From the NCBI RefSeq assembly GCF_009914755.1, contig NC_060941.1: 64,000 nucleotides of DNA; one strand, written 5' to 3'. This DNA is from the human T2T-CHM13v2.0 reference genome, Homo sapiens. The notes beneath the pieces were generated by a model, which had not been told where the DNA came from, searched no databases, and saw only the letters and a program-made list of their open reading frames with translations. A program made the position numbers and the translations under genes. This document shows positions 47,824 through 61,397 of this stretch, piece after piece. How positions within the stretch are numbered: the stretch's first letter is position 1; each line of letters begins with the position of its first letter.

Positions 47824-48117
47824 ATTGACCTTACAGAAGCACAGGAAACTGTACCTTCACGATGTCTACATCTGGATGCAGAGAATGAAGTTCTTCAACT
47901 TCAACAGACATTATTCTCTATGAAAGCAATACAAAAGCAATGTGAAACACTACAGAAGAATAAGAAGCAGCTGAAACAAGAAGTAGTAAACCTCAAAAGT
48001 TATATGGAAAGAAATATGTTAGAACGTGGTAAAGCTGAATGGCATAAACTGTTGATTGAAGAAAGAGCAAGGAAGAAGATAGAAGAAAAATTAAACGAAG
48101 CCATTCTCACCTTGCAG
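47824..48117 (+). CDS. CCDC144A: CCDC144-family coding exon ([22 protein letters not shown]...[10 protein letters not shown])
   Basis: actcatgcag|ATTGAC ... CAG|gttggt; 294 nt, phase 0-0; start of the ANKRD26 C-terminal DUF3496-type region. Confidence 0.9.
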
Positions 48118-48711
48118 GTTGGTTTATTTATCTGTAATGTGCTTTCATTCATTTCGCTGCAAATTTTATTTTGGATATATACATTGTACATGTTTTCTCT
48201 ACTTTCCTTACAGCAATTTGTTTGGTAGACTTCTAGAAGGAAGGTGGTATTTGTTTCTCCATTTAAATATTTTCGTTTCCATCATTCTTATAAGTAAATT
48301 GATCTTCCATAAGAATAATTCTCACTAGAGAATCATTTAATTACTAAAGCCAGTTGGCATAAAACAAGACTAATAGGGAAAGTAAAAAAAAAATTGTGAT
48401 TTAGAAATTATACCATACTCTTGAACTGCTTTTAAGTTACGTTGTTCCACTTTTAAAATTTTAACTTGGTTCTGTCATTCTTTGGAGAATTGTTCAACAA
48501 TTCAGATTCAGTTATTAATTCAGTTGGTACTGGTGATAAATATGTTAAGCTTGAGCTTCTTTCTTTCTTCACATTTTTCTTAAAATTGTTCTCTGAATCA
48601 CGTACTTAAAATTGTTCTCTGAGTCACTGACTCCAAACAAAAGGAAACAAATATACAGTAATTATTCAGGTTATAATTACTTTTAAAATGTTCCCTTTTA
48701 ATTTATTTTAG

Positions 48712-48932
48712 AAACAAGCAGCAGTATCTCATGAACAGTTAGTACAGTTAAGGGAGGATAATACTACTTCAATAAAAACTCAGATGGAACTCACAATCAA
48801 AGATCTGGAATCTGAAATCTCCAGAATAAAAACTTCGCAAGCCGACTTTAATAAAACCGAATTGGAAAGATATAAGGAACTCTACCTAGAAGAAGTGAAA
48901 GTTAGAGAATCCTTGTCAAATGAACTCAGTAG
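48712..48932 (+). CDS. CCDC144A: CCDC144-family coding exon ([17 protein letters not shown]...[25 protein letters not shown])
   Basis: tttattttag|AAACAA ... AGTAG|gtaagt; 221 nt, phase 0-2. Confidence 0.9.
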
Positions 48933-50368
48933 GTAAGTCAATATGCAGAATCATAGAAAATAAGTTAAGCTCATTAATTTGCCTTCAAAAGCATGACTTT
49001 TAGTGAGACAGGTTCATGAGATTTGTGGGAAGTGAAAGCTAACTAGATCATACAATTTTGGAAAATTGTAAATTATAAATAGTAAATGAACTTAACCTTT
49101 AAGTAAAATTGAAAATAGTAAATGAACGTAACCTTTAAAATCTTAGTCCAGGACAGTTCCTGTCTCTCCTGTTTTTTGGTTTTATGTGGCTTCCCCCAAC
49201 CCCTTAATATTCTTATATAGTTAACCTGATCTATTAGGGTTTCAGCTAAATATTTATGAAGCTTCATAATTTAGACAGTGATACCATTATAAAAATTGCT
49301 TGTCAGTATTCCCTTAATTCAAAATATTAATGAATTTAATTAATTTCTGGAAGACGACAGCTGAAAACAGAAAGGGTCAAGTACGACTACTCTGGACACA
49401 TTCTGGCACTCAGTAAATTCACTTTGCTTGATTGTGATCATTAGAGGGTGCCTTGAGAAGAAGTGTCCTGTATAGTTTTTCCAATCCACATAAAGGCACA
49501 CTTGTGAAGCAGAGAATGATCAACTAGGGTTGAAGGGAAGTATAACTTACTAAGTGATAAAAAAATAACACCTTGGTCAGCCTGAGGGGGTATATGGAAG
49601 ACAGAAAGGGCAGGCCCCACCTCTGATACATGGGCCGCAGTGTTAGGAGCTGATTGTCCTCGATGCTGCTTTAGTTCTCTTTGATTTCAGCAGTCTTATT
49701 CTCCCCAAGGAAAAGTCGCCGTGAATGATTCCTCAGTGCCAAATGCTCAAGTTTTTCCAGATAATGGGTGAAATATACAAGGGTGGTGAAAACAATTGTT
49801 TGAAAATGTCTTTGAGAGAGAGTTTTTTAGACAATCTCTAACAACATGTATTGTTTACTAAATACAAGTATTTCTAGCTTTTATTTTTATTTTTAGTTTT
49901 TTCTTGTATATATTTAAGGAGTACAACTTGATGTTTTGATATATTTATATGCAGTGAAATGGTTATTTTGTCAAGCAAATTAATATCTTCATCATTTCAC
50001 ATAGTTACCCTTGGAATACAAGTAATTCTAATGGCATCCTTAAGAATCATATAAGTAGAGTCATTCCAGATGGGCAACAAGTGTTAACTATGAAGCCATA
50101 CATCATTGATAGTCTTTTCTGTCCCCTCCCTCTCTTTGAACTACTTGTTTGTTAGAAATCCCTCTAGAAATAGATGTACTTCTTTAGAACAATGTTAAAA
50201 CTATAATTGGATACAGCAGGCATGCTCTAACACATTTTCAGAGTTAAAACACGGCTTATGGTATATTCCATTTACTCTTAATGGCAACTTTTAGAACAAT
50301 CGAAGTCATTTAGGAATCATTTAGGAAAAAATGAAATACTAAGCATTTGTCTTTTTCAATCTTCATAG

Positions 50369-50579
50369 AACTAATGAGATGATAGCAGAGGTCAGTACGC
50401 AACTTACTGTGGAGAAAGAGCAGACCAGATCCAGATCTCTATTCACTGCTTATGCTACAAGGCCAGTCCTAGAGTCACCTTGCGTTGGAAATCTTAATGA
50501 TAGTGAAGGTCTCAACAGAAAACATATTCCAAGAAAAAAGAGGTCTGCTCTTAAGGACATGGAGAGCTACTTGTTGAAG
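50369..50579 (+). CDS. CCDC144A: CCDC144-family coding exon ([12 protein letters not shown]...[13 protein letters not shown]...MESYLLK)
   Basis: cttcatag|AACTAA ... AAG|gttagc; 211 nt, phase 2-0; ORF 50379..50648. Confidence 0.9.
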
Positions 50580-51651
50580 GTTAGCTATCTTTTTTCCTTC
50601 GGCGTTCAGATTTCTGATAGAATTCTTGTATGTTATTTGGTAAAATAGTTACTTAATTGTCTTGTGTATGGTAAGTAAAAGTAATAATTACCTGTGTTAA
50701 TAAAGAGAGGAGACAGAAATTTTACCGTTATTTTTAAGTCTCTGGAGCTCTCATTGATAAGAGATTACTCCTTTGTTAACTTTATTTAATAAATGTAACC
50801 AAACTGACACATTTTAAATTTTTTTAAAAACTGCATTTAAGTTAGATTTTAACCAAAGGTTTACTTTGATGTGCTTTGTCTTACTAATTGATTTTAGTTT
50901 GTCTGGGGTTCACTTTTAATGGGTTTAGTGTGCCTGGGGTCACTTTTAAAGTTTTTCTGCGTCATCTCAGGTTTTCTACCTGTCATCATATGTGAATGAT
51001 TGGTGTCCAAACACTAACCACCCATGGATGTTTATTATTTAAAAGGACCCAAGGTGAATACTTTTATATGTTATATAAACCTGCAACACTTGATTAATCT
51101 GTTCTTTAAGTTAAAAGTTTTGTGATTTTCTTATATGAGTACATCTGTAATTGCTATTGCACTTAATAGTGTTTTAATCCCAATTTTAGTAAAATGTGTC
51201 TATTGCTATGCAATAGCACAGTGGTTTTGAAATAGTTAAATCAAATAAATATTTGAATTTTTAAAGTAAAGCTCACATAAGTTTTGTCTCTCTACCTGGC
51301 CATAACTTTAGTAATTGATGACTAAGATGGCAATGGTATCTAGAGTCCTTCAATAGCAAATGTGACCAAACAGAATCAGTTCTATTCTTAATACCCCAAA
51401 TTCCATGTAAAGCTGCACATGGACATCTCCCCTGGACATGTAACAGGAACCTTTTAGTCCAACCGTGTGGTTTCACTCAGAGTAAGAGTCTATTTCTGGG
51501 GATTTCAAAATGGATCCAAAAATGACGAGCTGTATCAACTATAGAGTTGGTAAGGAAAAAAAAAACAAAACGTAGTTCAACTATGCTTGACCCAGATTAA
51601 GGTATTTGTCTAACATTTGTCCATTTTTCAACTGAGGGAAAATTACAAAAA

Positions 51652-51824
51652 CTGGGCACAGTGGCACACACCTGTAGTCCCAGCTGCTCCTGAGGCTGAG
51701 GCAGGAAGATCACTTGAACCCAGGAGTTCAAATCTGCAGTGCGCAATGATTATTCCTGTGAGTAGCTACGGCACTGCAGCATTCCAATCTGGGCAACATA
51801 GCAAGATTCTGTCTCTTAAAAAAA
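51652..51824 (+). mobile_element. FAM (fossil Alu monomer)
   Basis: Single 7SL-derived monomer with the ctgtgagtagc segment and an A tail. Confidence 0.7.
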
Positions 51825-52319
51825 TTACAAAATCCATAAAACATTTGTTTGAACAACAATAGATAAATAGTTTTCTTTGTGTATATTGTTGTTTTTAAAA
51901 TTTTCAATCGATGCACATTGGCTTATAGTTTTGATGTTTTTATGATCTCCTTAGCGCACAGAAAAGTAGCGCAGGCCCACATGGAATGAACCTCAACCTT
52001 GTTGTGTTTACCTGGCTATTTCGTGTCCTAACAAATCATAGAAGAGCAAATCTAAGGTTTCTTAGATAGCATTGTGGCCAAATAGCTTAAAAGGGAATGC
52101 ATTAAATGATTGTTTTAATACATAGATTACAAGAGCCCAGCTAGCTGATATTTTTAATCATATTGTTCGCTTAGGTTTTATTTTTCTGAAAAAAATGAGA
52201 TGATCAGCGTCCAAATGCCTCAGTCATGAAATTGTACCACTGGGTACTAATGGGAAATGAATGTTAAATACGTCTGTAAATGGTTAAGCAAGATGCAAAT
52301 ATAATGTTCTCATTAGTAC

Positions 52320-52791
52320 TATGAACCCCCAAAATTTGAGACAAGTCTCAATTAATTTAGAAAGTTTATTTTGCCGAGGTTGAGGACACACATCCGTGAC
52401 ACAGCCTCAGGAAGTCCTGATGACATGTGTCCAAGGTGGTTGGGGCACAGCTTGGTTTTATACATTTTAGGGGGAGACATGAGACATCAATCAATATATT
52501 TAAGAAGTACATTGGTTCACTCTGGAAAGGCGGGACAATTTGAAGCAAAGGGAGGAAGACTGGTAGCGGGGAGGGGGCTTCCAGGTCACAGATAGGTGAG
52601 AGACAAACAGTTGCACTCTTTTGAGTTTCTGATTAGCTTTTCCAAAGGAGACAGTCAGATCTGCATTTATCTTAGTGAGCAGAGAGGTAACTTTGAATAG
52701 AATGGGAGGCAGGTTTGCCCTAAGCAGTTTCCAGCCTGAGTTTTCCTTTTAGCTTAGTGATTTTGGAGGCCCAAGATATTTTCCTTTCACA
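52320..52791 (-). mobile_element. MER4A1-like ERV1 solo LTR
   Basis: Minus strand begins tgtgaaaggaaaatatcttgggcctccaaaatcactaagcta; 4-bp TSD gtac at 52316-52319 and 52792-52795. Confidence 0.85.
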
Positions 52792-52863
52792 GTACTTACC
52801 AGAAAAACAAGGTAATGTATCATTTTACAAGATAGTGCTGAGAGAGTATAAAAAGCAGATGTA

Positions 52864-53362
<499 letters not shown>

Positions 53363-53416
53363 TCATGTTAGATTTACTAAAAGAGATTTAAAAGCATGAT
53401 TATATCAAGATATGAG

Positions 53417-53718
53417 TGCTGGGTACGGAGGCTCACACCTGTAATCCCAGCACTTTGGGAGGCCGAGGCGAGTGGGTCACTTGAGGTCAGGAATTCAAGA
53501 CCAGCCTGGACAACATGGTGAAACCCTGTCTCTGCTAAAAATACAAAAATTAGCCTGGCGTGGTGGCGGGCGCCTATAATCCTAGCTACTTGGGAGGCTG
53601 AGGCAGGAGAATCGCTTGAACCCAGGAGGCAGAGGTTGCAGTGAGCCAAGATTGTGCCACTGCACTGCAGCCCAGGTGACAGAGCAAGACTCCATCTCAA
53701 AAAAAAAAAAAAAAAAAA
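53417..53718 (+). mobile_element. AluS
   Basis: Full dimer with A tail. Confidence 0.9.
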
Positions 53719-54276
53719 GATACAAAGGCATGTCTCCATAATCACACCTTGGAAGAGTTCTTATACAGCTGTTGTCTACAGAATTTTGAGAGTTACAGAA
53801 AGAAGGTGCCTTCTAGAGTTGCTAGGAACTTAAGTATTTCCTATAGGAAAACATCAGCTAATACAAGGAGGAGGAGGTAACATACCATCTAAACTGAGAT
53901 TTACAAAAAAAGGTAGGGGGTGGGGTGGGTTTCTGGGTGGGGTGGGTTTCTGGGTGGGGCATTACAAAACAGGATATTTAGAAATTTTTAGCTACGATTT
54001 TCAAAAGCAAAATGTTAAAAATAGCACTAATATTGGATCTGTTTATACATCTCCTTTATTTGCAAGATTTTAACACTTTGGACTATTCCTACTGTGAAGT
54101 GCTATCATACTCAGCATTTTCTCTAACCTCAAGAAAAATGGTTATAATTTTGTATGAAATCACACACCAGAGAAATAATATATTATAACTGGTTGTTGAA
54201 ACAAGTTTTCTCTACATTCATGACAGTTAGCATTTATTGCATCTCTCACCCCATTATATGAAGTCTAGAGTCTGAC

Positions 54277-54927
54277 TGTTCCCAGACCAAACTGAGAGTC
54301 GGGCTGCTATTTATCATGGTCCAGTAATGAGATGCAGATGAATTGGGAAGAGAGGTTTTATTTTCTGCAACCGGTTACGGGGTTACAAGGAAGGCCTGGA
54401 AATTATTACCACACCAATTCAAAATTACAAAGTTTTCCAGAGCTTATATACCTTCTAAGCTATATATCTACATGTAAGTGTGCATTCGTCTATAGACATA
54501 AGTTTAATCTATAACGTTAAAGATCTAAGTCCTGCAGACCTTCCTCTGGAGCTTCAGTAAATTTATTTAATCTAAATGGGTCCAGGTGCTGGGGTGATTA
54601 CCCTTATCTTGTCTCCTGCTAAATCATGGAGGTTTGGGAGTTCCATTAGACCCCCAATAAACTTATTTGTGGAGGCCTGGGGAGTTTCTTGAGATCCCCA
54701 ATAAAACTTGTTTAATACCAAACAGGTCCTATTAAGAATTCCTTCATTATTTTGTCATACTTTAAGGCCCAGGGAAGGCCTAGGCAAGATTCTTGGTGGG
54801 CTTTTGTTACATTCCAGCCTGTATAAGGGCACTGGCTCTTTCAGCTTTTAATGTTTAACTTAACTACTCAGTCAGTGCCAAAGCAGTTGTTATGGAGGCC
54901 TGCGTTAGTGAGACCTGGCCTGCCACA
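54277..54927 (-). mobile_element. ERV1-class solo LTR (LTR15-like; family tentative)
   Basis: TG...CA termini; minus strand starts tgtggcaggccaggtctcactaacgcaggcctccataacaactg; AATAAA on the minus strand near 54356-54363. Confidence 0.65.
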
Positions 54928-56225
54928 TAGCCTTGCCACTTAACACCATTGTAGTGATAATAGATTGCTATGCCTGTGTTTTACTGATTTTTACTTATAG
55001 GTTTCACATTCTAGATTAACCCTGGGATCCTTTGTCCTATATATCAGAAGTACTTTTTATAGTTTTATTGGCTCCTTATTTTCCAGCCTGTAATCTCAAG
55101 TATAATTTAGCAGTAGCCTGTCAATAAGTTATTGCTGAAGAGTGAACTTTGTATTTATTGGACTTTGCCTTTGGTAGTGATTTCACTATATTTCTTTAAA
55201 AAAATTTTCTAACTCCTCCCCTCTTTAAAGTGGAGGTAGTTGTGAAGAATGTATGGTAAGATTAGAAAAGTCAAGGAAGAAGAAACTATTTCTATAAGTG
55301 TTATACAGTCATCTTTCTTGTTCAGGCTGTGGTGGATAGGCAGCAAATGGTGCTCCTCCTTCCCTTCTGAGTTCAGAACACAGGAGTCAGATAGATGGAC
55401 ATCAACACACTAGCTCTATTGCAGACTCATGATAACTAATGGGAGGATGTGGCTCAGATGTGCAGCCACAGTATTTTATCCCAGATTAGGCACTAACCCA
55501 CAGAGTTTTAAGTGGAGAAAACAAATGCTTGACACCCATCGCAGGTGCATGCTGCTTATTGCAGAGATGACAGCAGACCTGAACTCATGTCACTGTGGGC
55601 AGACACATCTTTTGAAAGAGACCCTGAGCCAAGCAAGCACACTGTGTGCTTTGCCCAAATTCACCCATTAGGTAGATCTGATATCCTCTCAAGAGGAAGC
55701 TGTAGGTAGAGAGAGTCTAAGTCCTCATTTGAAACCTGAGGCCAGGAAAATGAAGGTTCTCCTATCATTTATGGCTGGATTTAAGTGATAATTGAAATTA
55801 ATCCCATGTCTTTGTATGTACAAATTAATGATGAGAAGTTGGACAGGCGTATGGTAGATGGTAAAGAGAAATCTGTTTTGTGTTTTCAGTTTTTCTATAA
55901 ATAATTCACAACATGGATAATTGACTTGATTGATTTTCCTAAACCACGTCTTATTTGGAGGAGAATGAATAGTTCTTTTAAGGAACAGTTTTCTTAATTT
56001 CTGCTTGCTTGGTTCAACTAAAGATTTTCTCCTTCAAGTTTTCTGTTCTGCGGTTTGAAAAATGGGTTCTTTATAAATTGAGTGTCTTGACTGGTACTAG
56101 CCAGAAGTTATGATATTAATTGTTCTTTAAATTTGATTCATAACTTACAATTTGGAGAGCTACTATTTTTTGTCTCATGCTTAAACATTATAGAGCATCA
56201 TGACAGTTTATAGATGCATTTTCTC

Positions 56226-57170
<945 letters not shown>

Positions 57171-58698
57171 TGAGTTATTTTTAAAAATCTGTATTTCTTT
57201 TCTGAATATGAAGGAAGGTGCTGGCATAGAATAACTCCAGGCTCAGTGAAAGATCTGAAGCCCACTCCTACCTTGTAACTAATTGGTTTTGTGACCTCAG
57301 GCAAGCTGCAGTCTCTCTGAGCCTGTTTTGTTTCTTATGTAAAATTAAGGACTTTGACTAAATCAGTGACATTCATACGTTTAAGTAAATCTCTTTTTTT
57401 TTTAAGAATGGAACTTTTTTAAATTGCATAAAACCACATTATAGAAAACAGAAGTAGTGCTGCCTGACTAAAGGAAGGATCAGTGCTCTGAAGCTGTGAC
57501 TTTCTTATCCCTTAATCCTTCAGCATCCTCTGTGGAACCTTAGATTTCTGTGGGACATAGCTTGAAAAGGATCATTTCTTGAATTATTATTTTTATAAGG
57601 CCTGGATGGTAATGCTGTTGTCATGTTACCTACTCTATAAAGCCTATCTATAATGTTTTTGTCACAGAAATGTTATGGAAAGGAGTCTCAAAATATTGGT
57701 AAACCTGTTAGTAAAAAAAAAAATTGACTTGACACCTAAAATTTCTAAAGGCATTAGATATCATTATCTTTATCACCACAAACTATCTCAGACCCCGTTC
57801 TAGGCATTTAGTGAGAGAATACCTATTCTAAAAAAAAATTAAATAAGAGCACTCTAGATAGGGACACTGGCAATAAGTTTGAAATATTCTGACACCTTTC
57901 ATAATTAAGTAGATAACTATAACTTGTCAGATGCTTAAAAAATGGGTACTAATTTCTGAAAAGAAATCAAAGTTGCAGTTAAATAACTCTAAATTGTTTT
58001 CCTAGTTTTTAATTCTAGACACTCATGAATCAAAGAAACTAAGATTGAAAACTGGCTCTAACCTGTATTTATCCTTGTTTTTATGTAAATTTTCTGAAAT
58101 CTTTGTGTCCGTATGAATGAAGAAATGTTAATCATAATAGCATAATATTTTTAATCTTTTGCCAGTGGAACTTTCACATGGCATCACAACAACACTGCTT
58201 TCTTCAAGTATGTATTAAAGATTCTGTGCTGAATTAATAGCAAAGAACATACTTTGAAATTATTATTTTCTAAAAGTGGAGAATGGGGAGTTCATTGTAA
58301 GGAACTATTCATTAAAGTGAAAAACTGGTTAGACCTTGATAAAGGGCAGAGTTTTGATAAGAATGGGAAAGTAATGCATTCATTGCAGAATATGACTTGA
58401 ATTGTGTAACCTCTGTACTAATAAGGGAAAACATCACACTTTTGAAATGACATAGCTCCAACAGACCAATATTAATTGTACTTTTGTGAGATTAATCTAA
58501 ACAGCATAACACATATATGTTCTCCATTATCTAAACTTAAAATAGGTAGGAATTTATATGATATTTTTAATTTAAGCAATCTTCAAGTTAGGTCTAGTCT
58601 GTAAAAGTATTATTTAAAGGCCGCATTTTGTAATTAATGCTCCTTACCATGATAATGTATCTTCTTAAACGTTATAAATAATATTTGACTTATTTCAG

Positions 58699-58741
58699 AT
58701 GCAGCAGAAGTTGCAAAATGATCTAACTGCAGAAGTAGCAG
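58699..58741 (+). CDS. CCDC144A: CCDC144-family short coding exon (MQQKLQNDLTAEVA)
   Basis: tatttcag|ATGCAG ... GCAG|gtatgt; 43 nt, phase 0-1; resembles ANKRD26 MQQELEKNITRELKE. Confidence 0.85.
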
Positions 58742-59189
58742 GTATGTTACCAAAATTTATGAATTAAATTTAGATTAAGTAATATATATCTGAAATAAAC
58801 TGCAAACGACATCCCTTTCCGTTCTTGGGCTAGTAGATACTACATTAAATATTCTTTCATATACATCTAATGAAAGATGTGAAAACTTGAACATGTATAA
58901 TGAAGAGCATACTTATGCCTCATGAATTCATCACGTTCCATAGCTTGAAAAAAATAGCTCAAGAAGTCTGGCTCTACTCTTCACTTCTGCCATCCCTATG
59001 GAATTGTCAGCCAGCACACAGAAACGGTTCTCAGAAAACAGAAGCATCATCAACTTCTCAGGGTTATGGTAGTGATTTTTAAGGCCAAAACATCCCAGTC
59101 TCATCTAGTAACCTATTCAAGCAGTTACAGTTTATAAGCAGTCGCTTGAGAGGTAACACTTTAAATCTCCAGTCATTTACAGTGTCATT

Positions 59190-59690
59190 GGTTTACTTTT
59201 GCCCTCAGAAAAAGTTCCAAATTCCTTAACATGTAATATAAACACCCACATTCATTTGGTTCTTGTCAAGTTACTCAGGCTTATCTCTCACCACTTACTT
59301 TACTCTGCCCCTTTGCTCTAGGATCCAGCCAAACTGGACTGCACAGAATTCCACAGTGCTCGTCCTTCTCCTCCAGCTCTTTGCACTTGCTTCTTTGCTC
59401 TATCTGCCAACCTTTTTTTCTCATCCTTCAGGTATCCACTAACCATGCCTCCACTGAAAAGCCTACAGTATCGAGACAAAACTGGGATAGGTGTCCCTCT
59501 TGCATTCCAATAGTGCCCTGTTTTATACCTGTCAGGGTATCTATGACTTGGTATGGAAATTGCCTATTTGTCTGCTTTTTCAGGTTATAGCATATGATTG
59601 CTGAGGGGTGGACTGTATCATCTTCATCTTGTAACTCCAGGGCATAGTCTAGTACCTTAGCATGTGGTTGTTGAATAAATGAATGAAGAA
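59190..59690 (+). mobile_element. LINE-2 3' end
   Basis: L2 motifs (tccagccaaactggac, tttgcacttgct, ctcatccttcagg) and terminal gttgaataaatgaatgaa. Confidence 0.7.
59322..59431 (+). CDS. CCDC144A: L2-derived alternative exon ([37 protein letters not shown])
   Basis: ctttgctctag|GATCCA ... CAG|gtatcc; 110 nt, phase 1-0, open; matches my recollection of the CCDC144A C-terminus; lies inside an L2 3' end. Confidence 0.7.
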
Positions 59691-59888
59691 TGAGAAAACC
59701 AGAAGCTGTGATACACAACCACAATGATCATTAATTTAGTGTGCAACTATGGGCAGATTCTTATCTAATAATAAGTTAGCATTGTAGTCATACATACTTT
59801 TCATTCTTGTTAACACTGAAAAAGCTCTCAACTCTTTTTTACTGATTTGCACTTAGTTAACTATGAAATATATAGAATATAATTCTTT

Positions 59889-60192
59889 GGCCAGGCATGT
59901 TGGCTCACGTTTGTAGTCCCAGCACTTTGGGAGCCTGAGGCAGGCAGATCACTGGAGCCCAGGAGTTTGAGAGCAGCCTGTGCCAACATGACGAAACCCT
60001 GCCCCTATAAAAAATACAAAAGCTTGCCAGGCACAGTGGCTCATGCCTGCAGTTCCAAGTACTTGGGGCTGAGGCAGGAGAATTGCTTAAGCCTGGGAGG
60101 ACAAGACTGCAGTGACCTGTGATCACACCATGGCACTCCAGCATAGGTGAAAGAGTGAGACCCTATCTTAAAATAATAACAATAATAATAAT
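59889..60192 (+). mobile_element. AluJ with (AAT)n tail
   Basis: TSD aatataattctt at 59876-59887 and 60193-60204. Confidence 0.85.
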
Positions 60193-60218
60193 AATATAAT
60201 TCTTGCTTTTTTTTTCAG

Positions 60219-60355
60219 CTGCTACTAAATATGAACCTGGATCCTATATAGCTTCTCCTCTAGGATTTACACACAAGGAAAATCTGAATCAAGATCCAGT
60301 TTTGGAAGTAACAAAAGAATATGCACAGATTTTAAGAAGAAAATACATACTCTGA
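60219..60355 (+). CDS. CCDC144A: Terminal coding exon with two frames: LLLNMNLDPI* (stop ends 60251) or ancestral (A)ATKYEPGSYIASPLGFTHKENLNQDPVLEVTKEYAQILRRKYIL* (stop ends 60355)
   Basis: tttttttttcag|CTGCTA; the long frame resembles the ANKRD26 C-terminus (SIASPLGSTDESNLNQD...REYVQVLKKNYMI). Confidence 0.85.
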
Positions 60356-60403
60356 AAGATAAGGCAATTTTATTTGGGCTATTCACATGATATTTTGTTT
60401 CCC

Positions 60404-60409
60404 ATTAAA
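60404..60409 (+). promoter_or_regulatory. Candidate proximal polyadenylation signal ATTAAA
   Basis: Hexamer ~50 nt after the ancestral stop; AT-rich context makes a chance match plausible. Confidence 0.3.
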
Positions 60410-60964
60410 TATATGATGTGAACATTTTTACTAAAGGGAAATATTCTATATTATACATGTCTGATGAAAATTTATATAGTATTTTAAATAATGTTTCTTG
60501 GCCTCTTCAGCTAACTTTTAAGTGGATTTTGCAAATGAAAACCAGTATTACTGAGTTTTACATACTCGAACTGCCCAAATGTTTGCTGTTTAAACAGCCA
60601 AATAATCAAGTTGCCATTAGTAATTTAGTGGAGCCAATTGATGGCTTGTTTGTATTTTATAATTTTATCTTTATACATAGTGATAGATTTAAGTTTAGAT
60701 AGACATCATTTTGGTATACTGGTACTGTGGTCATTGTCAATGTTTGGATGTATTACGATTGTTATAGTGCAATCAAACTTAGATAATTTTAATTTTAAGC
60801 ACTGATTTATTTAGATCTTTCCTTGTGGAAAAATAAGGTTTGCCTAAGGCGTTTTGCTTTTTTATTTATTGTTTCATTTCTTTATTAGATTAACTTTTGG
60901 GAAACAGTCTTAAAATTGGAGAAAATTTCCACATTTTAGGAAAAACAGCTTTCCGCCTGTGGGC

Positions 60965-61392
60965 CATTTGAGAGTAAATTGCTGACATTATGCCATCACA
61001 TCTGGTATGTGGGTATTCCCACAAGTCAGGACATTTTATATAACTACTTCATAATCAGAAAGTTAACATCAATACACTTGATCATTTAATTCTCAGTTTC
61101 TTTTCAAGTTTTCTTAATTGTCTATAATGTTCTTTGTAGCAGAAGGATCCCATTCAGGTCCATGAATTTCATTTAGTTGTCATGACTCTTTCAGTCTGGA
61201 ACAGTTCCTCAGTTTTTCTTTGACCTTTATGACCTTAAATCTTTTGAAGAGTAAAGTCCAATAATACAGAATGTCCCTCCATTGGATTTCTCTGAACTTT
61301 TTTTATGATAAGATTTAGATGATAATTTTTTTTTTGGCAAGAGTATCACAGAAGTTATCCCATGATCTTCTCACTGCATTCTATCAGGTGAC
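60965..61392 (-). mobile_element. Ancient L1MC/ME 3' fragment
   Basis: tttagttgtcatg...tctggaacagttcctcag...agaatgtccctc motifs. Confidence 0.55.
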
Positions 61393-61397
61393 CTGCA

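Noticed and set aside
49077-49139. 27-bp direct repeat (aaatagtaaatgaac..aacctttaa) as CRISPR-like
   Set aside because: Only two copies with a 9-nt gap in a mammalian intron; simple local duplication
51652-51824. 7SL/SRP RNA gene
   Set aside because: Lacks the S domain; it is a fossil Alu monomer
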